64,000 bases of DNA from Minisyncoccota bacterium (lineage in GTDB: Bacteria; Patescibacteriota; Minisyncoccia; 2-02-FULL-40-12; GWA2-44-9). The stretch lies in assembly GCA_018062285.1 (NCBI GenBank), contig JAGOSO010000002.1, positions 3,164 through 67,163 on the forward strand. The letters are read 5' to 3'. How positions within the stretch are numbered: the first letter of the stretch is position 1; the number at the start of each line of letters is the position of its first letter. The position numbers and the translations under genes were made by a program. Shown here piece after piece: positions 55,560 through 64,000 of the stretch. The notes beneath the pieces were generated by a model that saw only the letters and a program-made list of their open reading frames with translations, made no database searches and was not told where the DNA came from.

Positions 55560-55800
55560 ATTACAGAAACTCCTTGATAAGTAAAAGTTCACCATACGAA
55601 ACAAGATGCGAGCGAAGCCTAAACCCAATTCGAGACAATCGAGATGTTGCAGGAGTCAGCTAATATAATTAATGGCCAGCAGGCCAATTAGCTGACGAAC
55701 CTGCAATGCGAGCTTAGCTGAGACAAAACAAGGAGCTCGGAGAGTCCTTGTTTTGTCGGAGGCGTGTCGAGAATGGTTTGAGGCGAAGCGATTCTAGAGA
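55560..55800. other. ORF-free structured intergenic region between convergent genes (candidate small RNA and/or stacked terminators)
   Basis: Nested hairpins ttgcagg-[gtcagctaat...ggccagcaggcc...attagctgac]-cctgcaa and gacaaaacaagga...tccttgttttgtc; no ORF over 60 aa on either strand. Confidence 0.3.
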
Positions 55801-55812
55801 TGGTGACTAGGT

Positions 55813-57333
55813 TTAACGAGCGTACTCTAAGGCTCTCGTCTCCCGAATAACATTAACTCTAATTTCGCCAGGGTATTTCATTTCTTCTTCAATTTTCTTG
55901 GCAACGTCTTTGGCAAGCTTGATGGCACCTAAGTCATCGATACGAGTTGGGGTGACAAAAATACGTAATTCGCGACCGGCTTGGATAGCATAGGATTTTT
56001 CGACACCTTCAAAACTCTTAGCAATTCTTTCAAGTTCTTCTAAGCGCTTCAAATAGACCTCAACGGTATCTTTACGAGCACCTGGGCGAGCGCCAGAGAT
56101 GGCGTCAGCGGCCTGAACGATACGAGCTTCTAAGATTGAATATGGATATTCATCGTGGTGAGCTTCCATGGCCTGAATAACACGTGGATCAACATTAAAT
56201 TTCTGGAGAACCTTACGACCAATTTCAACGTGAGTACCCTGAACTTCATGGTCTAGAGCCTTACCGATGTCATGGAACAAAGCACCTCTCTTGGCCAACA
56301 TGACGTCAGCACCAAGTTCAGAAGCCAACATGCCAGCAATATGAGTCATCTCAACAGAGTGACGCAAAATATTTTGACCAAAACTAGTACGGAAAGCCAA
56401 GCGACCTAATAATAGAGTTAGTTTAGGATCAAAAGGACCAACGCCAGTTTCAAATAAAGCAGCCTCCCCTTCTTCTTTCATCTTGGCGTTCATCTCATCG
56501 TTAGCTTTTTGAACTTCTTCTTCAATCTTAGCAGGATGAATACGGCCATCAGCGATTAAGCGTTCAATGGCGATACGGGCAATCTGGCGACGAACTGGGT
56601 CAAAACCAGAAATAATCAAAGCTTCTGGGGTGTCATCGATAATGACATCAACGCCAGTTAATCTTTCGATAGCTTTAATGTTGCGTCCTTCTTTACCAAT
56701 AATCTTGCCTTTGACTTCATCGGAAGGAAGATTGACCACAGTCGTCATTGTGTCAGAGATATGGGAACCGGCATAACGCTGAACGGCTAGGGTTACAATT
56801 TCTTTGGCTTTCTTTTCTAATTCCTCTTTATTATCCGTATCAAGTTTGTGCATCTTACGATAAAGTTCATCCTTAGAATCTTCTTCAATCTTAGTAATTA
56901 ATTCGGTTTTTGCTGCCTCACGACCCAAACCGGCGACTCTTTCAAGTTCAATGATTTGTTTGGCATGAGTAGCTTCAACTTGAGACTTCAAAGCAACCAC
57001 TTCTGTGGCCTTTAACTTAAGTTGTTCTTTTTCCGATTCAATTTCTTTAGACTTTTGTTCCAACTCAGTCTCCTTGCGAGTCAATAAGCTTTCAATACGC
57101 GAAAGCTGAGCCGACCGCTCTTTTTCTTCTTTCTTGGATTCTTCTAGGGTCTTTAAGGCAGTATTCTTGGCTTCAAGGACTAAGTCTTGAGCCTGAGACT
57201 TGGCGTCAGTAAGTATTTGCTGAGCCTTAGATTCGGCATTAGAAGCCTTTTGGGAGGCCAAAAACTGTCGTGCAAAGTATCCTATCAGTAAGCCTAAAGA
57301 TGCCGCGATAAGTGCGGGCAAAATGATTGTCAT
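55813..57333 (-). CDS. rny: Ribonuclease Y
   Basis: N-terminal TM, coiled-coil, KH domain (GKIIGKEGRNIKAIE) and HD domain (HDIGK...HH). Confidence 0.9.
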   Translation of the reverse strand: MTIILPALIAASLGLLIGYFARQFLASQKASNAESKAQQILTDAKSQAQDLVLEAKNTALKTLEESKKEEKERSAQLSRIESLLTRKETELEQKSKEIESEKEQLKLKATEVVALKSQVEATHAKQIIELERVAGLGREAAKTELITKIEEDSKDELYRKMHKLDTDNKEELEKKAKEIVTLAVQRYAGSHISDTMTTVVNLPSDEVKGKIIGKEGRNIKAIERLTGVDVIIDDTPEALIISGFDPVRRQIARIAIERLIADGRIHPAKIEEEVQKANDEMNAKMKEEGEAALFETGVGPFDPKLTLLLGRLAFRTSFGQNILRHSVEMTHIAGMLASELGADVMLAKRGALFHDIGKALDHEVQGTHVEIGRKVLQKFNVDPRVIQAMEAHHDEYPYSILEARIVQAADAISGARPGARKDTVEVYLKRLEELERIAKSFEGVEKSYAIQAGRELRIFVTPTRIDDLGAIKLAKDVAKKIEEEMKYPGEIRVNVIRETRALEYAR

Positions 57334-57436
57334 TTGTTATTGGTAAAGTTAGAAAAACCATATTGGTACTTCTAGCTAATATTAAAGGAAATTTAACCCT
57401 ACTATACAGAAAAGGGCATCTTTAGGCAAACTCGAT

Positions 57437-57487
57437 GTCAACATAAATAAAAAGCTCCGGACAAGACCGAAGTCGGGTCAAACCCGG
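57437..57487 (-). terminator. Rho-independent terminator of the GC-rich two-gene islet
   Basis: gctccgg...ccggagc stem followed on the minus strand by tttttattt. Confidence 0.6.
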
Positions 57488-57513
57488 AGCTTCTAGTCTT
57501 GCACGGAGCGGCG

Positions 57514-57795
57514 TCAGCCGATCATGCCCCTCATGAGGTCGATAAGGCGATCGGCGCCAGATTGTTCATTGGAATGATCGCCCTGTTTTCCTTCGTCAGG
57601 AGCGGTCGCCATGGCATCAATAATGCTCAATGCTTCATGGCTAACTCCTTCTGGCAAATCAATGAGACAACTGCCATCACATGAGGTAACGACAAACTCG
57701 CCTTTGTTTCCAGTGGCGTGAATGTGCCAGTAAACACCTTTGGCCTTCGCGCACCAGACACCAACGCTTACCAACCGTCCTTTCAAACCAGACAT
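57514..57795 (-). CDS. Hypothetical protein (93 aa), GC-rich
   Basis: ATG start with AAAGGTG SD; MSGLKGRLVSVGVWCAKAKGVYWHIHATGNKGEFVVTSCDGSC... Confidence 0.4.
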   Translation of the reverse strand: MSGLKGRLVSVGVWCAKAKGVYWHIHATGNKGEFVVTSCDGSCLIDLPEGVSHEALSIIDAMATAPDEGKQGDHSNEQSGADRLIDLMRGMIG

Positions 57796-57811
57796 GACTA
57801 GACACCTTTCC

Positions 57812-58519
57812 TTAGGCCAAAGTTTCTGCTTTCAGACCACCCTTAGAGGACTGAAATTCTTCTTGGGCAGCAAGATCACGCTTCTTTGCGATCTCTTTGC
57901 AAACCCTCTTGCGCAAGGCTTCGATTTGCTCCCTTGAGCCCGACCGGCCACTGCCGGCAAACTCTTTGCAAAAACGAGACCAGTTTGATTCTACTTCTGC
58001 CGTCAGGTGCTTCATGGGCATATTGCAAAGAGCCTCGCCCCACAATTCCAAACCAACGAGATCAAGCACGTCACCATGATCTCTCATGGCCGAAGACAAG
58101 AAAGTCTCAAAGGCCATACTGGAACGCATATTGCTCAAGTCGGCACTGTTTGAAGTGGAAAGATTGGCCGCAATAGTGATCACGGACTTAGTCTGCAAAT
58201 TCGATGGCATGGAATAACGCACGCCGGTAGAAATCTTATTGGCAGACTCAAGGAGGGATGCAATCTCGGATTTCGCCTGGTCCATGAAATGCCGAGCATC
58301 CCAATCCAAAGCGAACACAAGCTGGACGTAATCACTACCTGTCCCCAACTGGTTGATCGCCATAACAAAGCGATCTCGGACAACATCAATCCTGTCTGCC
58401 GTAGAAAGAAACCAAGGCACCAAAATAAGTGCGGGCGCACCTTGGCCAGTCGTAACGGTGTAATCATGGGAGTGCTGAATTACCAAACGCTCCCGGGTAC
58501 CCTCTTCGTGTCTTCTCAT
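57812..58519 (-). CDS. Hypothetical protein (approx. 235 aa), GC-rich
   Basis: GGGAG SD before ATG (MRRHEEGTRERLVIQHSHDY...); the tool start at 58603 is a TTG with no SD. Confidence 0.4.
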   Translation of the reverse strand: MRRHEEGTRERLVIQHSHDYTVTTGQGAPALILVPWFLSTADRIDVVRDRFVMAINQLGTGSDYVQLVFALDWDARHFMDQAKSEIASLLESANKISTGVRYSMPSNLQTKSVITIAANLSTSNSADLSNMRSSMAFETFLSSAMRDHGDVLDLVGLELWGEALCNMPMKHLTAEVESNWSRFCKEFAGSGRSGSREQIEALRKRVCKEIAKKRDLAAQEEFQSSKGGLKAETLA

Positions 58520-58658
58520 TACTAACTCCCGACATCCACGCTCCAAGGCGCATCGTCTTAGGCCCCTATGGCCCAAAACTAGGATTTGCATATTATACAA
58601 CAAAAAGACTTTTCAGCAAAGGTTGGGTTGAGAGAGTTCAATCTGATATACTAATCAC

Positions 58659-60194
58659 ATGAGACCAATCGTACTTACAATTTTGGATGGATGGGGTTAT
58701 TCAAAAAATACTGGTGGCAATGCCATTACTAACGCCGGCACAGTAGCCCTAAATGAAATTCTGCAAAACTATCCATCAATGCTTCTTCAAGCATCGGGGC
58801 CAGCAGTTGGTATGACTTACGGTGAATCCGGCAACAGTGAAGTTGGTCACATGACTCTCGGCGCGGGTCGGGTAATCTTCCAGTACTTAACACGCATCAA
58901 CAAGGCCATTAAAAACGAAGAATTTTTCACTAACCCAGTCTTAATGGAGGCGGCAACTCACTCTAAGACCAATAACTCAACTTTTCACATCGTCGGCCTT
59001 TTAACTTCTGGTGCGGTGCATGCTCATTTGGATCATCTTGTTGCTCTGGTTAAATTTGCAAAAGACAACAACCTTCAATATAAAATACACTTGTTCACTG
59101 ACGGTCGTGATTCTGGCTTGAGAGAAGCTTCGGATACCCTACAAAAACTTTCTAACTCAATTGGTGGATTAGAAAACCTGGCTACAGTTATTGGTAGAGA
59201 TTTCTCCATGGACCGGAACAACAACTGGAACAAAACTGAAACAACTTACAACTTATTGACTCAAGGCGCTGGATTAAAAACTGAAAATATTTTTAAAGAA
59301 CTAGATGGGTGTTATGCAAAAGAATTACACGACGGAGATATTCCTGCTATCGTTGTAAACGAAGGGTTAATTAAGCCAAGCGACTCAATCATCTTCTTTA
59401 ATTTCCGTGAAGACTCAATGCGTCAAATTGTGGAATGTTTTACAGAAACACCTTTTGATAAATTTCAAAGGACATTACCAGAAAATCTTTATGTTGCAGG
59501 AATGACACGATACACTGAATCCCCGATCCTACACACCGTCTTCCCGCCACCAACAATTAATTATTGTTTGTCTGATGTTCTTAGTATAAACAAGAAGAAG
59601 CATCTCCATATCGCTGAAACAGAAAAATATGCCCATGTCACCTTCTTCTTTAACGGTCTAAGAAATGCTCCTTTTGAAGGAGAGACTGATTTTTTTATCC
59701 CATCCTTAGAAAACCCAATCGAACATCCAGGAATGCGCGCCATGGATATTGCCCAGAAAGTTTGCGAAGAGTTGGATGGCGGAGTTTATGATTTTTATGT
59801 AATTAACATCGCTAATGGTGACATTCTCGCCCATCTCGGCAACCTTGAGGCAGCCACCCAAGGTGTCAGGGCCGCCGACCAAGCAATCGGCATGATAAAA
59901 AATAAAGTTCTAGAAAAAGATGGGATCATGATAATCACAGCAGACCATGGCAATGTTGAATCTATGATATACAGAGGAACTGGATCTCAAGAAACTAAAC
60001 ATAACGATAGCCCAATACCATTTCATCTTATTGCCAAAGAATACCAAGGTGCCAGGACTCAAGACCAACTCACCAAATCCCTGGGACAGGCATCCGGACT
60101 ACTATCAGACGTTGCTCCAACCGTTCTTGATTTAATGCAAATTGAAAAGCCCGCCGAAATGACGGGCCAAAGCTTGTTGTCAGACCTCCTCTGA
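58659..60194 (+). CDS. gpmI: 2,3-bisphosphoglycerate-independent phosphoglycerate mutase
   Basis: MRPIVLTILDGWG... metal-binding Ser/Asp/His pattern of iPGM, 511 aa. Confidence 0.9.
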   Translation: MRPIVLTILDGWGYSKNTGGNAITNAGTVALNEILQNYPSMLLQASGPAVGMTYGESGNSEVGHMTLGAGRVIFQYLTRINKAIKNEEFFTNPVLMEAATHSKTNNSTFHIVGLLTSGAVHAHLDHLVALVKFAKDNNLQYKIHLFTDGRDSGLREASDTLQKLSNSIGGLENLATVIGRDFSMDRNNNWNKTETTYNLLTQGAGLKTENIFKELDGCYAKELHDGDIPAIVVNEGLIKPSDSIIFFNFREDSMRQIVECFTETPFDKFQRTLPENLYVAGMTRYTESPILHTVFPPPTINYCLSDVLSINKKKHLHIAETEKYAHVTFFFNGLRNAPFEGETDFFIPSLENPIEHPGMRAMDIAQKVCEELDGGVYDFYVINIANGDILAHLGNLEAATQGVRAADQAIGMIKNKVLEKDGIMIITADHGNVESMIYRGTGSQETKHNDSPIPFHLIAKEYQGARTQDQLTKSLGQASGLLSDVAPTVLDLMQIEKPAEMTGQSLLSDLL

Positions 60195-60554
60195 CGACTC
60201 TAGGAGGCGGGATATTTCACGACAAGCAACCTCCCAGAGCTTGCCACACTTAGAATCAAGCGTTAGGACCCTGCTTGGGGAAGACTCTAGACACCAAACA
60301 GAAATTGCATCTAACGCATATTCAAAATGCAGTAATGGCCAGTTCATCTGACGACCAATGGCACACTTTTCAGACAAAATTATCCGCAAAGTGGCAACCG
60401 GCGTAAACTGATCAACTAGACCAATACGAACAAGTTCTTCTAGCGTAACAAAAAGAGCTGTGACTCGGAGATTGTGCTCAACTTCTCCTTTTAAGGAACA
60501 CACAAATTCGAAAGTGCCGACATCTCTGGACCGCACACCACGGACCTGATCCAT
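60180..60554 (-). CDS. Hypothetical protein (124 aa)
   Basis: ORF only. Confidence 0.3.
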   Translation of the reverse strand: MDQVRGVRSRDVGTFEFVCSLKGEVEHNLRVTALFVTLEELVRIGLVDQFTPVATLRIILSEKCAIGRQMNWPLLHFEYALDAISVWCLESSPSRVLTLDSKCGKLWEVACREISRLLESSEEV

Positions 60555-60578
60555 TCAACACCGCCTAAATTTAAATTA

Positions 60579-61613
60579 TCACAGAATAATTCCTCCGCCA
60601 ATTAGTTGTCCACTTTTATAAAAAACGGCAGACTGACCAGACGTCACAGCTCTTTCTGGATTTATGAATTTAAGATTACCATTTTTATCTAAAACGGCTT
60701 TAGCTGATTTTGTTCGATAACGAACTTTCACATCCAGAGAAAGTGGTAAATTTTGTTTTTGAATCCAATTAAATTCACCAACTTTAGCCTCAGAGATGTT
60801 GGCTTCCGCATTATCTCCAACATAAATAATGTTTTTCTTAACGTCCTTACCGATGACATAATAAGGCCCACCGCCGTCTCTGATGTTTAAGCCATGGCGC
60901 TGACCAATCGTGTAATAATACACGCCATCATGTCCACCAATTTCTTTACCGTCCTTAATTATTTTCCCAGACTTAGGCTTAATATAAGTCAAAAGGAAAT
61001 CCTTCATGTCTAAGGGGCCGATAAAGCAAACTCCCTGACTATCTTTTTTAGTAGCATTGGGTAATTTAAACTTCTTGGCCAATTTTCGAACCTCTGGTTT
61101 CTCGAGGTCTCCGACAGGAAACAAGGAATGCTTAATTTGATCAGAGGTTAAGGTCCAAAGGAAATAACTTTGGTCTTTATTTTTATCTTTACCTTGAAAT
61201 AATTTGTCTCCCTTTTTAATTATGTAGTGGCCAGTGGCAATAAAATCTGCACCATCCTTGAGAGCCTTTTTTAAAAAAATCCCAAACTTAATTTCTTTAT
61301 TACACATAACATCCGGATTTGGAGTTCGACCGGCTTTGTATTCCCGAATCATGTAATCTGTTACTGACTTCTTGTATTCTTTAGAAAAATCCCAAGTCAA
61401 CAAAGGAATACCAAGAACATTGGCCGAACGCATAGCGTCCTCTCGGTCCTGTTTCCAAAGACAAAAATCTTCATCATCAAAGGGTTGCCATGGTTTCATA
61501 AAAACACCGACAACATTAAAACCTTGCTCTTTGAGCAAGGCAGCAGAAACGGAACTATCCACTCCGCCAGACATTCCCACGTATACAGTTTTTTGTTTAT
61601 TAGATCCGGCCAT
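60579..61613 (-). CDS. mnmA: tRNA-specific 2-thiouridylase MnmA
   Basis: PP-loop VYVGMSGGVDSSVSAALL, catalytic Cys regions, 344 aa. Confidence 0.9.
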   Translation of the reverse strand: MAGSNKQKTVYVGMSGGVDSSVSAALLKEQGFNVVGVFMKPWQPFDDEDFCLWKQDREDAMRSANVLGIPLLTWDFSKEYKKSVTDYMIREYKAGRTPNPDVMCNKEIKFGIFLKKALKDGADFIATGHYIIKKGDKLFQGKDKNKDQSYFLWTLTSDQIKHSLFPVGDLEKPEVRKLAKKFKLPNATKKDSQGVCFIGPLDMKDFLLTYIKPKSGKIIKDGKEIGGHDGVYYYTIGQRHGLNIRDGGGPYYVIGKDVKKNIIYVGDNAEANISEAKVGEFNWIQKQNLPLSLDVKVRYRTKSAKAVLDKNGNLKFINPERAVTSGQSAVFYKSGQLIGGGIIL

Positions 61614-61699
61614 TTATATTCTATATTATGCCAGAAAATCAGTGTTTTATCAAATAGAGAGCCCCGCCAATGGCGGGGACTCGATGTGTATGTGCCTGC

Positions 61700-62065
61700 T
61701 CAGGGTTTCCCGGATTTGTTTCGGAAAAAATTTCTACCACGAACCTGAACTGACATTCTTTCTTTGTGGCCCCTCTTGAATCCGAAGTCTCGAGAAGAGA
61801 AACGCTTGGTCGCTTCGACCTTCTCATCTCGGTTGAAGGTTTTTAGGTCGATGACCAGTGGCGGCTCACGCCGTTCGGGCTGAACCTGAAAAATCAGTCC
61901 AGTATCGGCATCTGCGGGGAAAGCCTTTTCCAGCGCTCGGAAGAGTGCGCGATGATCTGGGCGGTCAGCCCCCATAATCACGAACACCTTCTTTATACCC
62001 ACTTCTTCTTCGCTCAAATGAGTCTCCTGAATCTTAATTATATCACAATTAAACGCTTGAGTCAA
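61700..62065 (-). CDS. Hypothetical protein with basic C-terminal tail (121 aa)
   Basis: ORF only; overlaps the upstream gene by 17 nt; hairpin gagccccgcc-aatg-gcggggactc downstream. Confidence 0.3.
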   Translation of the reverse strand: MTQAFNCDIIKIQETHLSEEEVGIKKVFVIMGADRPDHRALFRALEKAFPADADTGLIFQVQPERREPPLVIDLKTFNRDEKVEATKRFSSRDFGFKRGHKERMSVQVRGRNFFRNKSGKP

Positions 62066-63374
62066 CCACTTGAGATGGGCGCTGACCCTGAAGCCAACGG
62101 AGCTTTGTTATATAACCCAAGGTCTCTGAAGCAAGGCCACCCTTTTTGGAACTAAGAGCATTAACCCAATCCTCTATGCTGGCTGCGATCGATGCAGTGA
62201 GACTCTTGGTAGCACGAGAGGGCGAACCATTATAGGAAGCAGCTAGGTATTCTTCTAGCCTTGGGTCATTCAAAACTTTTTGACCATGCGACCGAATCAA
62301 TCCTTTTAGATTTTCATCGTAAAGCAAAATAGCGGCTTTCATTGAATTCAAATGATCCGCCGCTCCTGCTTTAAAATCTTTAATAAGTTTTGCCGGGGGA
62401 TAATTCCTAACAATTGCAGCATATGTTTTGGGGGTAAATTGCAACCAACCGCAAGCACTCGAACTATTACAGGTAACACTGAATGCCTGATCTTGGTTAG
62501 AACCTATAATGACTTGGGCTCTCTCCACGGTGTTTTGCGGGTCGATTTCAAATTCAGTAAGGTCGGTCTGCTCAAGCAAAGGGATTCGACCAAAAAAATC
62601 GTGGTGAGTACCCCAAACATCAGAAACTAAAGTGTTTGGTATTGTGTTTGATTTAACTCCAGAGGCTCTAAGCTCATTAAAAGCTGTTGCAATAACACTA
62701 TTCGTGTAATCCGCCCCCGACTTAACAAGATCAGATGAATGAAGGTCTGGACTATAAGGAACATACAGCTGATATTTAATCGAACGTTGAGTCATGTAAA
62801 CTGTTTTCCCTTTTTGTTTTTGTGCAACCTTAGTATCTGTTTCATTCGGATAGACATTGGCAATCACAACACTATGGGCAGGCAAGTTGATTTTATAGGC
62901 AGTATTCCAGCCATTCCAAACTATCCCATTTGGTCGCTGAAGAATATCAATATTCCACCCAGAAGGTGGGATTAGTTCAATTCCGCGCTTGATTATTGTT
63001 ACAACTTGAATATTGCCTGAAACTGTATCCAGGACAGCTAGGGCGATTTGTTTTTCAGGTTCTTTGAAATTCTTTTTTGTTGGGGCCAGTTTATTATTGA
63101 CCAACATATATCTTGTTTCGCTGTAAGCTATGGGGTTATCTCCCACCTCGAGAATCACGTCTTTAAGTAGCCCTTTGGCTTCTTTTATTTTTTCACTCAT
63201 TACCCAAGGCACCGGAGTCGGAGAAGTAGACGGAATAATAATTTCTACTTGTTTTTTTGAAAATATGTTTTTAATTGAAGGTATAATTTGGGCGTGCACC
63301 TGAGTCAAACTAAAAGAAACCACAAAGACAACTCCCGCAGTAGTAACTAAAAATTTTAATTTATTTATTTTCAT
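62049..63374 (-). CDS. Secreted protein with SLT-like lytic transglycosylase region
   Basis: Signal peptide; ...CNSSSACGWLQFTPKTY... resembles the SLT-domain GLMQ(F/I)xPxT motif. Confidence 0.45.
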   Translation of the reverse strand: MKINKLKFLVTTAGVVFVVSFSLTQVHAQIIPSIKNIFSKKQVEIIIPSTSPTPVPWVMSEKIKEAKGLLKDVILEVGDNPIAYSETRYMLVNNKLAPTKKNFKEPEKQIALAVLDTVSGNIQVVTIIKRGIELIPPSGWNIDILQRPNGIVWNGWNTAYKINLPAHSVVIANVYPNETDTKVAQKQKGKTVYMTQRSIKYQLYVPYSPDLHSSDLVKSGADYTNSVIATAFNELRASGVKSNTIPNTLVSDVWGTHHDFFGRIPLLEQTDLTEFEIDPQNTVERAQVIIGSNQDQAFSVTCNSSSACGWLQFTPKTYAAIVRNYPPAKLIKDFKAGAADHLNSMKAAILLYDENLKGLIRSHGQKVLNDPRLEEYLAASYNGSPSRATKSLTASIAASIEDWVNALSSKKGGLASETLGYITKLRWLQGQRPSQVVDSSV

Positions 63375-63377
63375 TTT

Positions 63378-63920
63378 TTACAAACTTTGCTGAATTTGGG
63401 CGGCTAGATTTTGTACTGCGTTGGCATAATTTATACAAGCCTTATTTGTGCTTGTTGCACTACCACAATAGTACCTTTTTGATGCAGCAATTTCTCCGGC
63501 ACGATCCTTGCTGCTGGCTCCATCCTTTGCAAACTTTGTTGCGGCGGCAGTAAAAGCATCTTGAATGTTCCATGGATTAGCTGGATTATGGCCTGTTATT
63601 TGAGAAACCTTGTCTTTGTAACCCATCCAAGTTGAAGCAATAAACTGAGCTGGTCCCATTGCGCCACCCCAACCATATGGCTGTCCGCCGGAATATGTTT
63701 TTGGCCAACAAGAAACGCGAGTTGTGGATGGATTCAACCCCAACGAAGAAGTTATGGCAAGAAAAGGCTTAATGTCTCTCGTGGGGTTCATATTCCTTTT
63801 GGTTGGGGCCCCCGTGTCAATGTGTACGCCGTCGCCATTATCAAAATTTGTAACATAACATTTACCAACGTTCCCGCCACCAGGATTTAGAACAGCCGAC
63901 TCATGATCCATCTCTGCCAA
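63378..63920 (-). CDS. Lysozyme-like/lytic transglycosylase family protein (possibly 5'-partial; frame may continue to the window end)
   Basis: GGAMGPAQFIASTW motif (GxMQFxPSTW of MltB-like transglycosylases). Confidence 0.45.
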   Translation of the reverse strand: MAEMDHESAVLNPGGGNVGKCYVTNFDNGDGVHIDTGAPTKRNMNPTRDIKPFLAITSSLGLNPSTTRVSCWPKTYSGGQPYGWGGAMGPAQFIASTWMGYKDKVSQITGHNPANPWNIQDAFTAAATKFAKDGASSKDRAGEIAASKRYYCGSATSTNKACINYANAVQNLAAQIQQSL

Positions 63921-64000
63921 AAGAAAAGCGGGCCTGATACCTGTCGCTATCGCCGCAAGGTTCCCGTACTTTATTGCGTCTTCTACCGTGACCCCATTTT

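Noticed and set aside
1-64000. CRISPR arrays, IS elements, integrases
   Set aside because: No regularly spaced direct repeats were seen. Inspection of all large ORFs showed no transposase or recombinase motif. The only repeats are the tandem gene duplication, the R1/R2 element and the three palindromes.

Overview
The window is a 64-kb stretch of an AT-rich, compact bacterial genome with tightly packed or overlapping genes, a character consistent with a CPR/Patescibacteria-like organism (for example Saccharibacteria-like). The phylum assignment is inference from gene content and composition only.

Backbone genes recognised from the translations:
- Cell-envelope and glycosylation genes: an LCP protein, GT2 and GT1 glycosyltransferases, and a Wzy/O-antigen-ligase-like membrane protein.
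- A Pif1/RecD-like helicase, EngB, TrhO, a DUF167 protein and MscL.
- A complete type I restriction-modification operon (hsdM, hsdS, hsdR) with an ABC-ATPase plus HEPN gene (PrrC-like anticodon-nuclease architecture) embedded between hsdM and hsdS. A DUF45 metallohydrolase and a PD-(D/E)xK (NucS/DUF91-like) protein flank the operon.
- MreB.
- A ribosomal/RNAP block: infA, rpmJ, rpsM, rpsK, rpsD, rpoA, rplQ, rplM, rpsI. RpoA appears to lack the alpha-CTD.
- Dus, a short AlaRS, a UvrD-family helicase-nuclease, Obg, an ABC-2 exporter pair, and an ECF sigma with a putative anti-sigma factor.
- A cluster of four tRNAs (His, Arg, Pro, Gly).
- An L,D-transpeptidase, a sortase with an adjacent LPNAG-anchored DUF3494-like surface protein, RarA, HU, RNase Y, GpmI, MnmA and lytic-transglycosylase-like proteins.

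The most notable observation is that this AT-rich backbone is punctuated by several sharply GC-rich islets, each carrying its own promoter, Shine-Dalgarno sites and terminators and encoding only uncharacterised proteins.
- The largest islet (about 21.1-24.7 kb) lies next to the RM/PrrC defence locus. It is an 8-gene, same-strand array with two tandem paralog pairs.
- That islet is bracketed by two copies of an approximately 80-nt structured element whose outer stem covaries between the copies.
- A tandemly duplicated promoter-gene-terminator cassette encodes small secreted Cys-containing proteins that end in WWMM.
- A palindrome, GAACGGCTCAA-N4-TTGAGCCGTTC, recurs three times.

No CRISPR array, transposase or integrase was seen.
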